Virus record (IMG/VR): IMGVR_UViG_3300035698_011578 | Span: 1-64,000 of that record | Length of the DNA stretch: 64,000 nucleotides | Strand: one strand, 5' to 3' | Origin: a virus | Shown: piece after piece, positions 1 through 10,402 of the stretch | Numbering within the stretch: the stretch's first letter is position 1 | Layout of the letters: each line of letters begins with the position of its first letter | Notes under the pieces: generated by a model | Told to the model about the DNA's origin: nothing | What the model saw: only the letters and a program-made list of their open reading frames with translations | The model's database searches: none | Position numbers and translations under genes: made by a program

Positions 1-708
1 ACCTTGGTTGTCTAAATTAACGACTCTATGTAACATACCTGCACCATACTTTAAAATAGTACCAGCTTCTACACCACTAATCCATTTCGATGTTGGGTTT
101 GTTTTAAACTCTCCTTGTCTTGCTATATACATTCCAACACACTCAAAACTAACATCTACTGAACCTGATGTATTTAGGTTTTCCATAGTTGTTGGTAATG
201 TCATATAATATGATTGATGTGCTCCAACTAATGTATGAAGTAATTTACCATTTACATAATAGAAAGCAGCTAGTGGTGTACACTCTATTGCTAGACTATA
301 ATATGTGTCAGGAGTTGGAATCCAATTTCTACCATAATTACCATTAAAACTTCCACTTGCTACAGAATTAACTGTACCAGCATTAGCTCTTGAATTAACA
401 CTGAATGTAGCATTATCCAATTCAAAGTAGAATCCATCTACAGGAGTATTGATTGCTGCTGTTGTTATATATGGTCCAGTTCTTCTAATATTATTTGGTG
501 TAAATGCAGTTTTCCAATTAAAACCACCACCCCAATATTGAGCGCCGATTGGACCTGTTGAACCATCTGCGCCAGTTGGACCGATAGGACCAGTAACAAT
601 TGAATCCGCACCTGTTGGGCCGATAGGACCTGTTGAACCATCTGCACCTGTTGGGCCGATAGGACCAGTAACAGTTGAATCTGCACAAATTAGAAATTGA
701 ATATTTTC
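1..708 (-). CDS. Collagen-like (Gly-X-Y) repeat / fibre-type protein, runs off window edge; no ATG near the 5' end of the open frame (possibly truncated)
   Basis: Manual translation: frame open from 708 to 1, [28 protein letters not shown]...[13 protein letters not shown]...; in-frame TAA at 709-711. Confidence 0.6.
543..687 (-). repeat. Collagen-like GPIGPTGAD repeats
   Basis: Repeated ggtcctatcggcccaacaggtgcagat units on the minus strand. Confidence 0.85.
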
Positions 709-824
709 TTAATTTTTGATTTTCGAGTATAATTAATATTATTCAGACCTTTCATAGTAGCGTCTGTACAACCAGGAGATAATACAACATCATATGTTAA
801 AATTTTGATTACTTTCACACACAT
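690..824 (-). CDS. Small protein (44 aa) ending in the RxxxIxxI motif
   Basis: Manual translation [44 protein letters not shown]. Confidence 0.5.
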   Translation of the reverse strand: MCVKVIKILTYDVVLSPGCTDATMKGLNNINYTRKSKIKKIFNF

Positions 825-890
825 ACTTATTATAAATACAAATAACTCTAAGGTTCTAAAATTTTAATCATATATTTTTATATATACGAT

Positions 891-1319
891 ATGAAATACT
901 TAAAGAAATATGATAGTGGTTATGATGATGATAAAAGTTTACGTAGTGAATTATTAAAATTTATTGATTCTACTGATGATACTTGGAACTATATCACACC
1001 AGAAGAATTAAATAAAGACACATCAAAATATTATTTACTCGATATACGAAAAAAAGAGGATTATGATAAAGGTCATATAGAAGGATCTGAAAATATTTTC
1101 TGGATGGATCTATTAAAAGAAAAAGAATTAGAAAAATTACCAACAAATGAAAAGATAGTATTAATATGTTACGTTGGACATACTGCTAGTCAAATGTTAG
1201 TAGTTTTGAGACTCTTAGGTTATGATGTTATAGCTCTTAAATTTGGAATGGGAATCTCACCTGTGAAAAATATACCTATTTCAGGTTGGAATGATTTTGG
1301 ATTCCCAATTACTAAATAA
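891..1319 (+). CDS. Rhodanese-like domain protein
   Basis: LLDIR..Y..GHIEGS.NI, active-site loop CYVGHTA. Confidence 0.85.
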   Translation: MKYLKKYDSGYDDDKSLRSELLKFIDSTDDTWNYITPEELNKDTSKYYLLDIRKKEDYDKGHIEGSENIFWMDLLKEKELEKLPTNEKIVLICYVGHTASQMLVVLRLLGYDVIALKFGMGISPVKNIPISGWNDFGFPITK

Positions 1320-1321
1320 AG

Positions 1322-2833
1322 TTATCTTTCCCATACCCATCTTTTCAAACCACATCCCCATATTCTATAATTACCTAGGTTATGCATTATCTCAGATTCT
1401 GTACTTCCTATTACACCGGGTATTTTTAACAATTCTTGTTTTCGATAATTAAATCTATGTTTCCTCGTTTTATCAATAACCCACCAATAATTTGGTGGTG
1501 TAACACCATTTAAATTAAAATTAAGCCTCTCATAGAGAACACCATTGAAAAAGGATATGTCACTATAAGATACTATATAATCATATTCATATTTTCTTAT
1601 AAAATATTTAAATAATTTAGAAGCACCACCAATAACATTAGTTCCCAATTTAGAACAAAACCTAACTAATTCCATAACTTTCCTTTTTTTGGAAAAAGTC
1701 ATTAGACTAACAAGTTCATCATTGTAATATAACCCTATTTTATATTTGGTGCTTGAATATCCTTGTATGTGATTTTTGTTTAAAAAGTCTTTAACCAATT
1801 TAACATTAGATATTTCTTTAATTTCACACTTCCTAGCATAAATTTTATTTGAAATTGATAAGACTTTATTCAAAATCATAGACTCAACTATATCTCTTTT
1901 GTCTCTCCAATCATCTTCCCAAACATGTAATAAATTAATACCTAACTCACTACACAATTTCGTCTTATTCAAATGATAATTTTTATCTTTGTGTATTTCA
2001 GAATGCCAATAAACACCATTGAATTCAATGGCTAAATTTAATTCTGGTAAAAAAATATCTAATGATAATGGTGGTATGATAGAATAACTATTTTGTATAA
2101 CTTTAATATTTAATCCTGATATAAAATCACGTAATTCTATCTCACCACTAGAAGTAGTTGTTTCAACTGGGTTACAATTAGTGCAAATTATATTATTATT
2201 CCTTAACCTATCGTTTAGTGTTCCTGCAAATATTTCGAAATTTGATTCACATACATCATGGTATATTGTGAAATTTCTATCATTTGAATAATCCATAACT
2301 TTATAATCACTGTCTAATTTTTTGGATATTTTAGATGGTAAATTATGTTCTTTAAATTTAATGTCGGATATTATCTTTTTAACCTTTTCAGATTTAGAAG
2401 CATTATCAACTCCCCATTTTTCGTAACATGTGTTTCTATATTTTTCTTTATACTCTTCTGTTTTTGAGTAATGATCAACATTATATCTTTCTAATAAAGT
2501 ATTTCTAAGTTTATCTTTTATAGACTTCACTTTCATTGGATTATCAACACCATGATTTTTCATAAAATTATTTCTAAACTTAATTTTATTACATGAAGCA
2601 CAATAATAATTCTCTGTTAAACCATTAGTGTATGAATAGTATTCTCTGAATTGTGATTTAGTTTCTAACCCACACTCATCACATTTATAATTAACAATAA
2701 ATGTTGACCCTGGAGTTAGATGGGTTGTCTCAACCTTTACACGTTCTCTTACTGAAATATCATAACCTAATTTTCTATAATATTTAACATTCCTAGAATG
2801 TCCAATTATATAGGTGTATTTATCTAATATCAT
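1322..2833 (-). CDS. Putative homing endonuclease (Zn fingers, GVDN repeats, PD-(D/E)xK/Vsr-like domain, Hef-like C-terminus)
   Basis: CxxC pairs, HGVDNP/WGVDN repeats, SSGE..LDIFLPELNLAIEFNGVYWH..VWEDDW, KIYARKC..NHIQG..ELVRFC. Confidence 0.75.
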   Translation of the reverse strand: MILDKYTYIIGHSRNVKYYRKLGYDISVRERVKVETTHLTPGSTFIVNYKCDECGLETKSQFREYYSYTNGLTENYYCASCNKIKFRNNFMKNHGVDNPMKVKSIKDKLRNTLLERYNVDHYSKTEEYKEKYRNTCYEKWGVDNASKSEKVKKIISDIKFKEHNLPSKISKKLDSDYKVMDYSNDRNFTIYHDVCESNFEIFAGTLNDRLRNNNIICTNCNPVETTTSSGEIELRDFISGLNIKVIQNSYSIIPPLSLDIFLPELNLAIEFNGVYWHSEIHKDKNYHLNKTKLCSELGINLLHVWEDDWRDKRDIVESMILNKVLSISNKIYARKCEIKEISNVKLVKDFLNKNHIQGYSSTKYKIGLYYNDELVSLMTFSKKRKVMELVRFCSKLGTNVIGGASKLFKYFIRKYEYDYIVSYSDISFFNGVLYERLNFNLNGVTPPNYWWVIDKTRKHRFNYRKQELLKIPGVIGSTESEIMHNLGNYRIWGCGLKRWVWER

Positions 2834-2884
2834 AATTTATATATTATATGATGCAATACCCCTTTGTTTAAATACCTTTGAATT

Positions 2885-3250
2885 TTATAAAGAGTGTAAA
2901 CCTTGTCCGTCATTAGAACCTTCAATAGATACAAGCTTTATTTCATTATCATTATCACCCTTCTTTTTATATAACTCGTTAAAACCCTTTGCTAAACCTC
3001 TTTTGAAAATCTCTGTGAAATAAGCAAATGCGTTTACTGATTTTTCCTCATTAAAGTTAAACCAATTTTGGTACATGTCTAATAGACCACTTTGATAACA
3101 ATCCATTTTATCATCATTGGACCAATATCTCATTTTTTTGATAGTTTTTTTACCAAGTAATTCAAGCATTTTCTCAGCTTTTCTTGTTAATTTACCTTGG
3201 GCTTTTGATACGATAATTTCTACATACAATTCTTTGTTGTTAAGATACAT
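2885..3250 (-). CDS. T4 gp55-like late-transcription sigma factor
   Basis: YLNNKELY ... NFNEEKSVNAFAYFTEI resembles gp55 motifs. Confidence 0.75.
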   Translation of the reverse strand: MYLNNKELYVEIIVSKAQGKLTRKAEKMLELLGKKTIKKMRYWSNDDKMDCYQSGLLDMYQNWFNFNEEKSVNAFAYFTEIFKRGLAKGFNELYKKKGDNDNEIKLVSIEGSNDGQGLHSL

Positions 3251-3355
3251 AAATAAGCATTATTTTTTTGGAGAACTAATTAAAGTTCCGATATGCTTTC
3301 ATGTTATACATGGTTGTTTTTAGAAAGTTTAGAAAGTTTAGAAAATTATTCTTTT

Positions 3356-3625
3356 TTAGTTACTTATCTCTATTTTATCTTTATCTTTCCATATCTTTCT
3401 AACACCTAATAATGCCGCACCAACACCTATTAGTGTTATACTAGATTGTATAACTTCAGGTGCAAATGCCGAAAAGTTAGTTAGATAATACATCACTATA
3501 CCAGATAGAAATCCAAGTAAGCCAACCACAACAGAGATAACACCACAAAAACCTGAGCCAGATGTTTTACCATCATTGTTGTTAAATATCTCTTTCCAGT
3601 TGAATTTTGATACGTCTTTTGCCAT
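3356..3625 (-). CDS. Small two-TM membrane protein (possible holin)
   Basis: Two hydrophobic segments, basic C-terminal tail. Confidence 0.5.
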   Translation of the reverse strand: MAKDVSKFNWKEIFNNNDGKTSGSGFCGVISVVVGLLGFLSGIVMYYLTNFSAFAPEVIQSSITLIGVGAALLGVRKIWKDKDKIEISN

Positions 3626-3688
3626 AATTATAGAATTTATTTTATATTTTATATATTATTTATGAAAACTCATTTTTTGTATTTATAT

Positions 3689-3720
3689 AAAAAAACCCAT
3701 CTAAATTAAATTTAGACGGG
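3689..3720 (-). terminator. Intrinsic terminator
   Basis: cccgtctaaa-tttaa-tttagatggg + T-tract downstream of 3744..5024. Confidence 0.6.
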
Positions 3721-3743
3721 AAAAGTACAAAGTATATTATTAT

Positions 3744-5024
3744 TTAGTGTTTAATTCTTTCATTATATTTCATCTCTTTAATAGCTGATAATTCTGCATC
3801 TAGATTAGATTTTCTCTTCTCTAAATTTGTAAGTGCAGTATTCAAAATTGTTGATTCACCAATCATCTTAATTGAACCTTCAATTTTTTCTATGTTAAAA
3901 TTAACATCTTCTAATTTAAGAGTAATTTCTCTTTCCTTATCTTCAAGTTTTCTTTTAACCATCATTTCTTTACCCAATTTATTCTCATAAAAATAAGTTA
4001 AGTCATAATTTAATTCGTTTCTTACTTCGTTTACTAATTCAAGAGCTGATTGATATTTGAAGAATGAATTACCATATCTCTCATCAGTTCTATAAAGGAA
4101 TGTTGCATTCTTATAATTAAATGCAAAGCACTCTAAATAAGGATTAACTAAGTTATTAACTCTTTTAACAACATCTAATTCAACAAATTTATCCATGTTC
4201 TTAGCAACTTCTTGTAGAATAGGATAAAAGTTCTTGTTTACTATTGGTACAATAGGTGAAGAGAATAAAGTTTCTAAAGTTGTTTCTTCATTCATCTCAT
4301 CATCATTAATATAAACAGTTTTGTTATTAACACCAATACCGATTGTTAAATACTCTGAAATTCTGAAATTTACTCTATCATCTGATATCTGTGCATATTT
4401 CATACCTGATTCAATCATTCTCATAGAAGCTAGTTTCTGATCATCTTTAATATTGTTTTCTAAAACAGTTTTTTCAATATTATTCTCTGTTAACAAGAAC
4501 CATGAATCTTTAATTAATGCTACATGTCCGTTCTCAACTTGTTCAACAAGAGTATAAACTGATTCACCTTTACCACCACTTAATAGGTTACTTCTACCTT
4601 CTGGTGAAGATGTTAGGTTATGTACAAATAATTTGATTTCAGGAACCCAATCATAAATAGCAAGTTCATTAAGAATCTTAGCCATCATATCTTGATCTGT
4701 TTCAAGATTAATTGTTTCTAAAAGTACATTTATCGGTTGTCTGTAAAGTTCTCCTTGATTTTTAGAGTTTAAGACATTATATAAATTCTTCAATTCATAT
4801 AACAATTCATAATCACTCATATCATCATTAAGATCTTCTAATAAGGATTTAACTTCTTTATCATATGTATATGGCTTTAATTTCTCATTAAGAGAGATAA
4901 TTATAGATTTTTCAGAGCTTTCAATACATGCATTCATGTGTGATTCGACTATATAAGATACTTCTTCTTGGTCGAGTGAAAGGTTTTTTCTGAAGTTAAA
5001 CAATTCTAGTTTAAGATTCTTCAT
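3744..5024 (-). CDS. Hypothetical late protein (426 aa)
   Basis: Long ORF behind extended late-promoter motif; C-terminal coiled coil. Confidence 0.7.
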   Translation of the reverse strand: MKNLKLELFNFRKNLSLDQEEVSYIVESHMNACIESSEKSIIISLNEKLKPYTYDKEVKSLLEDLNDDMSDYELLYELKNLYNVLNSKNQGELYRQPINVLLETINLETDQDMMAKILNELAIYDWVPEIKLFVHNLTSSPEGRSNLLSGGKGESVYTLVEQVENGHVALIKDSWFLLTENNIEKTVLENNIKDDQKLASMRMIESGMKYAQISDDRVNFRISEYLTIGIGVNNKTVYINDDEMNEETTLETLFSSPIVPIVNKNFYPILQEVAKNMDKFVELDVVKRVNNLVNPYLECFAFNYKNATFLYRTDERYGNSFFKYQSALELVNEVRNELNYDLTYFYENKLGKEMMVKRKLEDKEREITLKLEDVNFNIEKIEGSIKMIGESTILNTALTNLEKRKSNLDAELSAIKEMKYNERIKH

Positions 5025-5102
5025 ATTTTAAAATTTATTTTTTTTATATATTCTATATATTAATAGGAAAAAGCCATTTTTTGCTATTTTCAAACTCAAC
5101 TA

Positions 5103-6086
5103 TTATTGATTATTTTCTCTAGCTTTCAATATATTGTTAAACCATCTTGACTTCTTAGGCCCATAAATGAAATAGTCACTTTGCCCATTAAAATTCGGTG
5201 TTTCTGGATTACTACCAATTGGATAACTAGTATTATCTGATGGGTTTACGTCATTTGACCCACCATTTTCTCCAAAACTACCTGTAGCACCATAAGGTGT
5301 AGGAACTGATGGCACATCTGGATTATTAGGATCTGGGAATCCACCAGGTGTAGTTGTTCCAGTAAAGTAATCTGAGAAACCACCACTTGTTTGATAGCCA
5401 TTCTGGTCTGTCATTCCACTACCCGGTGAAATAGGATAACCTTCTGCATTAACTCTATCTTTTCTAAATGCTGGGTAATAAGTTTGTACTTCAAATGATA
5501 CCGTTAATTTTATTTGATTTGAACTAGATAAATCAACCTCCCTATTTATTTCTATTGAGTTAGTATCAGGCATTAAAATAACAGCATCTATATTCATGAA
5601 GTTATATTCAAAATACATAAATCTATATATCCATAATGTATCCATGATTGCTTGACTACACTTGAATGTGTCAATCTCATTTGATAGTAAAATCTCCAAG
5701 TCATATGTTACTGAGATTGGAACAGCTCTAACTTTAGCCAAGACCTTTCTTATTTCTTTCTCATTCTCAATAACCATTCTAAGCCACACGTTTGGATTTG
5801 CAACTTCATCTGAAAGTATATTAAAACTCTTCAGTGTTATATGACCTCTTGGTATAATATCAGTATTTAACTCAATAAACCTATTCTCAGATACTATATC
5901 ATCTTGAAAAGAATCTAATAAAAACCGTTCATCACCAGTCAAAGAATAATAAAATGGCACATTAACTGCATAATCACCCGCAGTAAATCTATTAATCCAT
6001 CTAACTTGACCTTCCAAAGTGTCTAAAACACAGACTGTTAAATCACGGAAAAAAGTATCTTCAAAATTAAATTTATCTCCTATCAT
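5103..6086 (-). CDS. Tail completion/sheath terminator protein (T4 gp15-like)
   Basis: FFRDLT..VNVPFYY..ERFL..IPRG..VPISVTYDLEIL pattern; structural context. Confidence 0.6.
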   Translation of the reverse strand: MIGDKFNFEDTFFRDLTVCVLDTLEGQVRWINRFTAGDYAVNVPFYYSLTGDERFLLDSFQDDIVSENRFIELNTDIIPRGHITLKSFNILSDEVANPNVWLRMVIENEKEIRKVLAKVRAVPISVTYDLEILLSNEIDTFKCSQAIMDTLWIYRFMYFEYNFMNIDAVILMPDTNSIEINREVDLSSSNQIKLTVSFEVQTYYPAFRKDRVNAEGYPISPGSGMTDQNGYQTSGGFSDYFTGTTTPGGFPDPNNPDVPSVPTPYGATGSFGENGGSNDVNPSDNTSYPIGSNPETPNFNGQSDYFIYGPKKSRWFNNILKARENNQ

Positions 6087-6148
6087 TATCTTTTTATTTT
6101 TATATATTAAATCAAATTCTCTTCAACTTATGACATTTTTAAAATATC

Positions 6149-7120
6149 ATGAATATGAGTATAAATAAATTATTATTATGGGAAAAACACAGACCCAGAA
6201 CAATCGAAGATATAATATTACTACCTAGAATAGGTAAACATTTTGAGAATGGAATAGAAGGTAATTATATCTTCCATGGTAATTTCGGCACAGGAAAAAC
6301 ATCATTAGCTAGAATTCTAATAGGACTCTACACAAAAGATAAAGCATTCTTAGAAATAAATAGTTCATTATATACTTCAGTTGAGGTTCTTAGGAATGAA
6401 ATCTCTGATTTTTGTAAGTTTAAACCAATGTTAGAAGCCGATTCTGATATTAAATATGTGTTTTTAGATGAATTCGATAGAGTTTCTATACAATTCCAAG
6501 ATGCATTCAAAGCATTTATTGAAAAGTATAGTAAGAACGGTGTTAGATTCATAATAACAACGAATCATATAAATCAGATAAGCGATGGTATAAAATCTAG
6601 AATACCATCATTAGATTTTGATTGTATGGATGTAGAAGAAGAAAGATATCTTAAAAAAGAAATTTACAAAAGAGTAAAGAATATTATTTTACCCGGAGAA
6701 AATGCAGAAATTTCAAAAGATGTTTTAGTTGATATAGTAAATAAGAAATTTCCTGATTTTAGATCTATAATAGTTGAGGTTGAAAGTTATATAAAAACAG
6801 GTAGTTCAACTACATCTGTCTCAAATGTCTCTACTAAGATTAAAATGGATTTATATAAAGTGTTATATGATGAATCTTTAGATTATGACAAGATATATCA
6901 TTTCCTAATGAGTAGTTTCGGTGCAGAAAAGATACACATCATGTTTAAATTATTAGGTCGACCATTTATCGATTGGTCATTAGAAAACGATAAAAATGTA
7001 GATAAATTATTTAAGTGTAACTATGTAATATCTGATTATACTTCTAAACTTGAAACAAATACAGACCCAATTATACTTGGATTGACAACAATTGGTAAAT
7101 TTAGGGATATTTTATTATAA
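6149..7120 (+). CDS. Clamp loader AAA+ subunit (T4 gp44/RFC-like)
   Basis: WEKHRP, Walker A GNFGTGKT, Walker B FLDEFD, KSR, FPDFR. Confidence 0.92.
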   Translation: MNMSINKLLLWEKHRPRTIEDIILLPRIGKHFENGIEGNYIFHGNFGTGKTSLARILIGLYTKDKAFLEINSSLYTSVEVLRNEISDFCKFKPMLEADSDIKYVFLDEFDRVSIQFQDAFKAFIEKYSKNGVRFIITTNHINQISDGIKSRIPSLDFDCMDVEEERYLKKEIYKRVKNIILPGENAEISKDVLVDIVNKKFPDFRSIIVEVESYIKTGSSTTSVSNVSTKIKMDLYKVLYDESLDYDKIYHFLMSSFGAEKIHIMFKLLGRPFIDWSLENDKNVDKLFKCNYVISDYTSKLETNTDPIILGLTTIGKFRDILL

Positions 7121-7290
7121 TTTTCTTTTAAGTTGAAAGAACTTCATTGTTATACCATATGTATGAGTTGATGCTAATGTGTAATGACATAATAGACCAA
7201 TACCCATATCTCTTAATTCTCTCTTAATTCTCTCTATATTTTCTTTATAATGTTCTTCACTGTTAATATCGCTATTAGCTAAAACTATTC

Positions 7291-7644
7291 TTACTGACTT
7301 TTAATAGCGACTAATGTATTTTTATTAATTATTGATGCCTTTATGATACTTTTTGGTTCACTATCAAACCCTGTTTGGTAACTCAAACGACCATCACTAT
7401 ATCTATTTTTAGAAGAAAAACTATATTCAGTAAATCCTAACACTGCCGTACAATCATATTGAACTTCATACCATATATCCTTAACATTTTCCATTTCTAC
7501 CTGATATATATCAGATAATTCTTTCATTGTAGGGATATCAGATAATTCTTTTCGCACTAATTCAAATATCTCATCACTGACTTCTAGTTTCTCTAAGTCT
7601 GATACACTCGCTTCGAATATTGAATATTTATCTATATGCTTCAT
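7291..7644 (-). CDS. Hypothetical protein, probably frameshifted near 7300 (continues in another frame past 7120)
   Basis: Likely start MKHIDKYSIFEA at 7644; alternative frame KSVRIVLANSDINSEEHYKENIERIKRELRDMG continues past the stop. Confidence 0.6.
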   Translation of the reverse strand: MKHIDKYSIFEASVSDLEKLEVSDEIFELVRKELSDIPTMKELSDIYQVEMENVKDIWYEVQYDCTAVLGFTEYSFSSKNRYSDGRLSYQTGFDSEPKSIIKASIINKNTLVAIKSQ

Positions 7645-7679
7645 TATATATGTATATATTATTTTAATATATATAAAAT

Positions 7680-8057
7680 ATGGCAGCATTTAACTTTATA
7701 GACTTTTATATTGGGTATCCGGGACACCCAAATTATAAATCACCTGAATTAATAGAGGATGATTTAATTCGTGCAATTGTTCAAAAATATGAAATGATTA
7801 TTTTTACAAATAAAGGTGAATTATTAGGAGATCCAAATTTTGGTGCAGATTTACCATCACTATTATATGAGACTAAATTATCATCAGAAATGATAGAAGG
7901 TGATATAAGAGCACAAATAGCCGATTATATAAATGAAATAGATGATATTGACTATGACCTAAAAGTAGAATTCTTCGAAGACCCTGAAAGATATCAAGAA
8001 TATATGGTCATTGGATTTAAAATCAAAGACTATGAAGTTTATGCAAACGTCTATTAA
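7680..8057 (+). CDS. Baseplate wedge protein (gp25-like)
   Basis: IFTNKGELLGDPNFGADLPSLLYE. Confidence 0.85.
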   Translation: MAAFNFIDFYIGYPGHPNYKSPELIEDDLIRAIVQKYEMIIFTNKGELLGDPNFGADLPSLLYETKLSSEMIEGDIRAQIADYINEIDDIDYDLKVEFFEDPERYQEYMVIGFKIKDYEVYANVY

Positions 8058-8419
8058 TTTTTAATTAACTGCAACCATCTTTTAAATTCACGAAATTCAG
8101 CAGGTGTCAAATATTTAGATATTCTTCTAGCAGTATCTCTTGTTATTGGTGAATTATTAGAAAGTCTAACCATACCTGGTAATACTTCTCTTATATTATT
8201 GTTTATTACTGGTGAGTTTCCCAAAATTTGATATTTAGATAGAATCTTTTCCTCATTATTATGCCACCAATCACTGAAGCTTTTACTATGATATCCATGA
8301 ACTTCATCATATTCAACACCATCTGCACCTTCTTCATATACTTCCATTAATAATTTCTTTATAACTTCTAACTCTTCATTAACACCTTCGTTCAATTGTT
8401 CTACTTTTTTAATTTTCAT
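8054..8419 (-). CDS. Hypothetical protein
   Basis: ORF, MKIKKVEQLNE N-terminus. Confidence 0.65.
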   Translation of the reverse strand: MKIKKVEQLNEGVNEELEVIKKLLMEVYEEGADGVEYDEVHGYHSKSFSDWWHNNEEKILSKYQILGNSPVINNNIREVLPGMVRLSNNSPITRDTARRISKYLTPAEFREFKRWLQLIKN

Positions 8420-8428
8420 ATTCTTTAT

Positions 8429-9046
8429 TTATTTTATTGGGCAATGATTTGCTGAATAAATATATTTCCAATCTCTTTTAATGTTTACACCGATTGTTGT
8501 TGCTGCAACAAAAATGTCTTCTAAACATTCTGAATCGCTACCACCTACAATATATGTTAATTTACCTTTTTGTGATTTTAAGAAACTATATAACTTATTA
8601 CCAATGTGAAACCACTGATGATTATTACCAATAAATACTATTGCAGTTCCCTTATTTGTCTCGAATAATTCTCCCTTTTTAAGAGTTTTAGATTCTTCCT
8701 TCTGTTTTATTCCATTATATACATCTTCATTTAATATCTTTTTGTAGAAATCAACATTGACATCATAGTTATATCGTTTTTCTATTAAATCTTTTTGATT
8801 TGGGAAAAAATATAAATCACCATTTACTGGTTTATCAGGTTTATCATCATATAAATAATCTTTATCCACATTTTTACCCTCAATATGATTATCCCATATT
8901 TGATAAACATCACTAAATCCTTTACTATATTTATTTAATTCGTTTAGATACATCTCTGTGAAAAATTCACGGAAAGATTTTTGAACATCAACGATTATTA
9001 ATGAAGAATTGTTACTGTGGCTTTCGAAAGTTTTTAGAAAAATCAT
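8429..9046 (-). CDS. Isochorismatase/cysteine hydrolase-like protein
   Basis: Likely start MIFLKTFES at 9046; LIIVDVQ and IVGG...EC motifs. Confidence 0.55.
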   Translation of the reverse strand: MIFLKTFESHSNNSSLIIVDVQKSFREFFTEMYLNELNKYSKGFSDVYQIWDNHIEGKNVDKDYLYDDKPDKPVNGDLYFFPNQKDLIEKRYNYDVNVDFYKKILNEDVYNGIKQKEESKTLKKGELFETNKGTAIVFIGNNHQWFHIGNKLYSFLKSQKGKLTYIVGGSDSECLEDIFVAATTIGVNIKRDWKYIYSANHCPIK

Positions 9047-9110
9047 AATGTATATATTTAAAATATAAATCCAAAAAATGTTGATTATAAAAAGTAATAT
9101 ATAGTTATAT

Positions 9111-9572
9111 ATGAAACATTTAAAATACTCTAAGATATTTGAAGGAAATAAATATGGTGATGCCATCAAAAATGATACACTAACTGGTTTAAATGATTTA
9201 GTATATGAAATCAAAGATATGGGTTATGAAGTTAACTGTAAGGCATATGTTTCCTATGGTGGCGATGATGATGATATAACATATGATATTATAGTTAAAA
9301 AGGAAAGAGACAACAGAGACAATCGAAACATAACATTAGGTAATATTGAGAAAATGGATATTTTTGATAAGGAAAACGATGCGGTATATAAGTTGAAAAA
9401 AGAATTCGGTGAAATAATAAAACGAGCAATAGATGCATTTGGTTTACATGTTAATTATTATTCATATAAAATTGAAGAAAACAGTACTTTCCTATTTGTT
9501 AAATTCCAAAAATGGTGTGATGATGATGAAATCGATGATGAGAATGATGAGAATGATGATTTTTTCGAATAA
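9111..9572 (+). CDS. Hypothetical protein, acidic tail
   Basis: ORF, MKHLKYSKIFE N-terminus. Confidence 0.7.
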   Translation: MKHLKYSKIFEGNKYGDAIKNDTLTGLNDLVYEIKDMGYEVNCKAYVSYGGDDDDITYDIIVKKERDNRDNRNITLGNIEKMDIFDKENDAVYKLKKEFGEIIKRAIDAFGLHVNYYSYKIEENSTFLFVKFQKWCDDDEIDDENDENDDFFE

Positions 9573-9596
9573 ACTACAATAATTATAATTTTTTAC

Positions 9597-9629
9597 AAAA
9601 AAATGCCCCCAATTAAAATATTGAGGGCT
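9597..9629 (-). terminator. Intrinsic terminator
   Basis: gccctcaat..attgggggc + T-tract. Confidence 0.55.
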
Positions 9630-9665
9630 GGTCTAAACCTTAATGGTTTAGATGTGATTTTTCAT

Positions 9666-10307
9666 TTAGATTGGAAGATCTTCATCTTCATCATCATCTT
9701 CTTCATCTTCATCTATAAATTGTCCTTGTGCCTGACCTTGTTGTTGTGGCTCTTCAAATTCGTCTCCTGTTTGAACTTGAACTTGTGCTTGACCATCTTG
9801 AACTTGTCCTTGACCATTTTGAACTTGTGCTTGACCATCTTGAACTTGTCCTTGACCATTTTGAACTTGTGTTTGACCATCTTGAACTTGTCCTTGACCA
9901 TCTTGAACTTGTGCTTGACCATCTTGAACTTGTCCTTGGTCTTGCATTTGTGTTTGATCAGGTTGAACTTGCATCTGTGCTTGTGGTTGTGTAGTTTGTG
10001 GTTGTGCCTGTGTTTGACCACCCATTATAGCACCACCTGGAATCTTATCAACATCAAGATTGTTCATGTTAATATACTTAACAATTTCTTCCGCGATATC
10101 TACATCACCAAAAAACTGTCTTAAATTCTTACCAGTTGTTTCTTTTACTTTCTTAACATAAGAGTTGATTAAAGATTGAGGAATATCAATCATTGTTTTA
10201 ACCTTATAGATATCATTTACTTGAAGAACGGCTTCTTTGATTATTTCCATTCTGTTCTTCTTGATACGGTAACCTTCGAATGTTCTGATATGTTTCATAT
10301 TTTTCAT
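9666..10307 (-). CDS. Hypothetical late protein with Q/G-rich repeats and acidic tail
   Basis: ATG at 10307 or 10298 (MKHIRTFEG); QVQ[DN]GQ[GAT] repeats. Confidence 0.8.
   Translation of the reverse strand: MKNMKHIRTFEGYRIKKNRMEIIKEAVLQVNDIYKVKTMIDIPQSLINSYVKKVKETTGKNLRQFFGDVDIAEEIVKYINMNNLDVDKIPGGAIMGGQTQAQPQTTQPQAQMQVQPDQTQMQDQGQVQDGQAQVQDGQGQVQDGQTQVQNGQGQVQDGQAQVQNGQGQVQDGQAQVQVQTGDEFEEPQQQGQAQGQFIDEDEEDDDEDEDLPI
9778..9938. repeat. 21-nt coding tandem repeat, about 7 units
   Basis: tgaacttgt(g/c)cttgaccat(c/t)t units. Confidence 0.9.
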
Positions 10308-10334
10308 ATTTTTCACAATATATTTTTTATAAGT

Positions 10335-10400
10335 TTATATATTTAATATTAAAACCCATTTTTTCTCATCTTATATATTTAATATTAAAACCCATTTTTT
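10335..10400 (-). promoter_or_regulatory. Exact 30-nt direct repeat duplicating an extended late promoter
   Basis: ttatatatttaatattaaaacccatttttt at 10335-10364 and 10371-10400. Confidence 0.75.
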
Positions 10401-10402
10401 GC

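Noticed and set aside
465-686. 73-aa ORF
   Set aside because: Off-frame reading of the collagen-like repeat.
3321-3345. Short tandem repeats (tagaaagtt; also ttgaattaaaa near 16040)
   Set aside because: Two to three copies in AT-rich intergenic DNA; no supportable function.
9778-9938. CRISPR-like repeat array
   Set aside because: Contiguous 21-nt units with no spacers, in frame within a protein; ORFs 9603..10124, 9713..10021 and 9728..9994 are shadows of the repeat.
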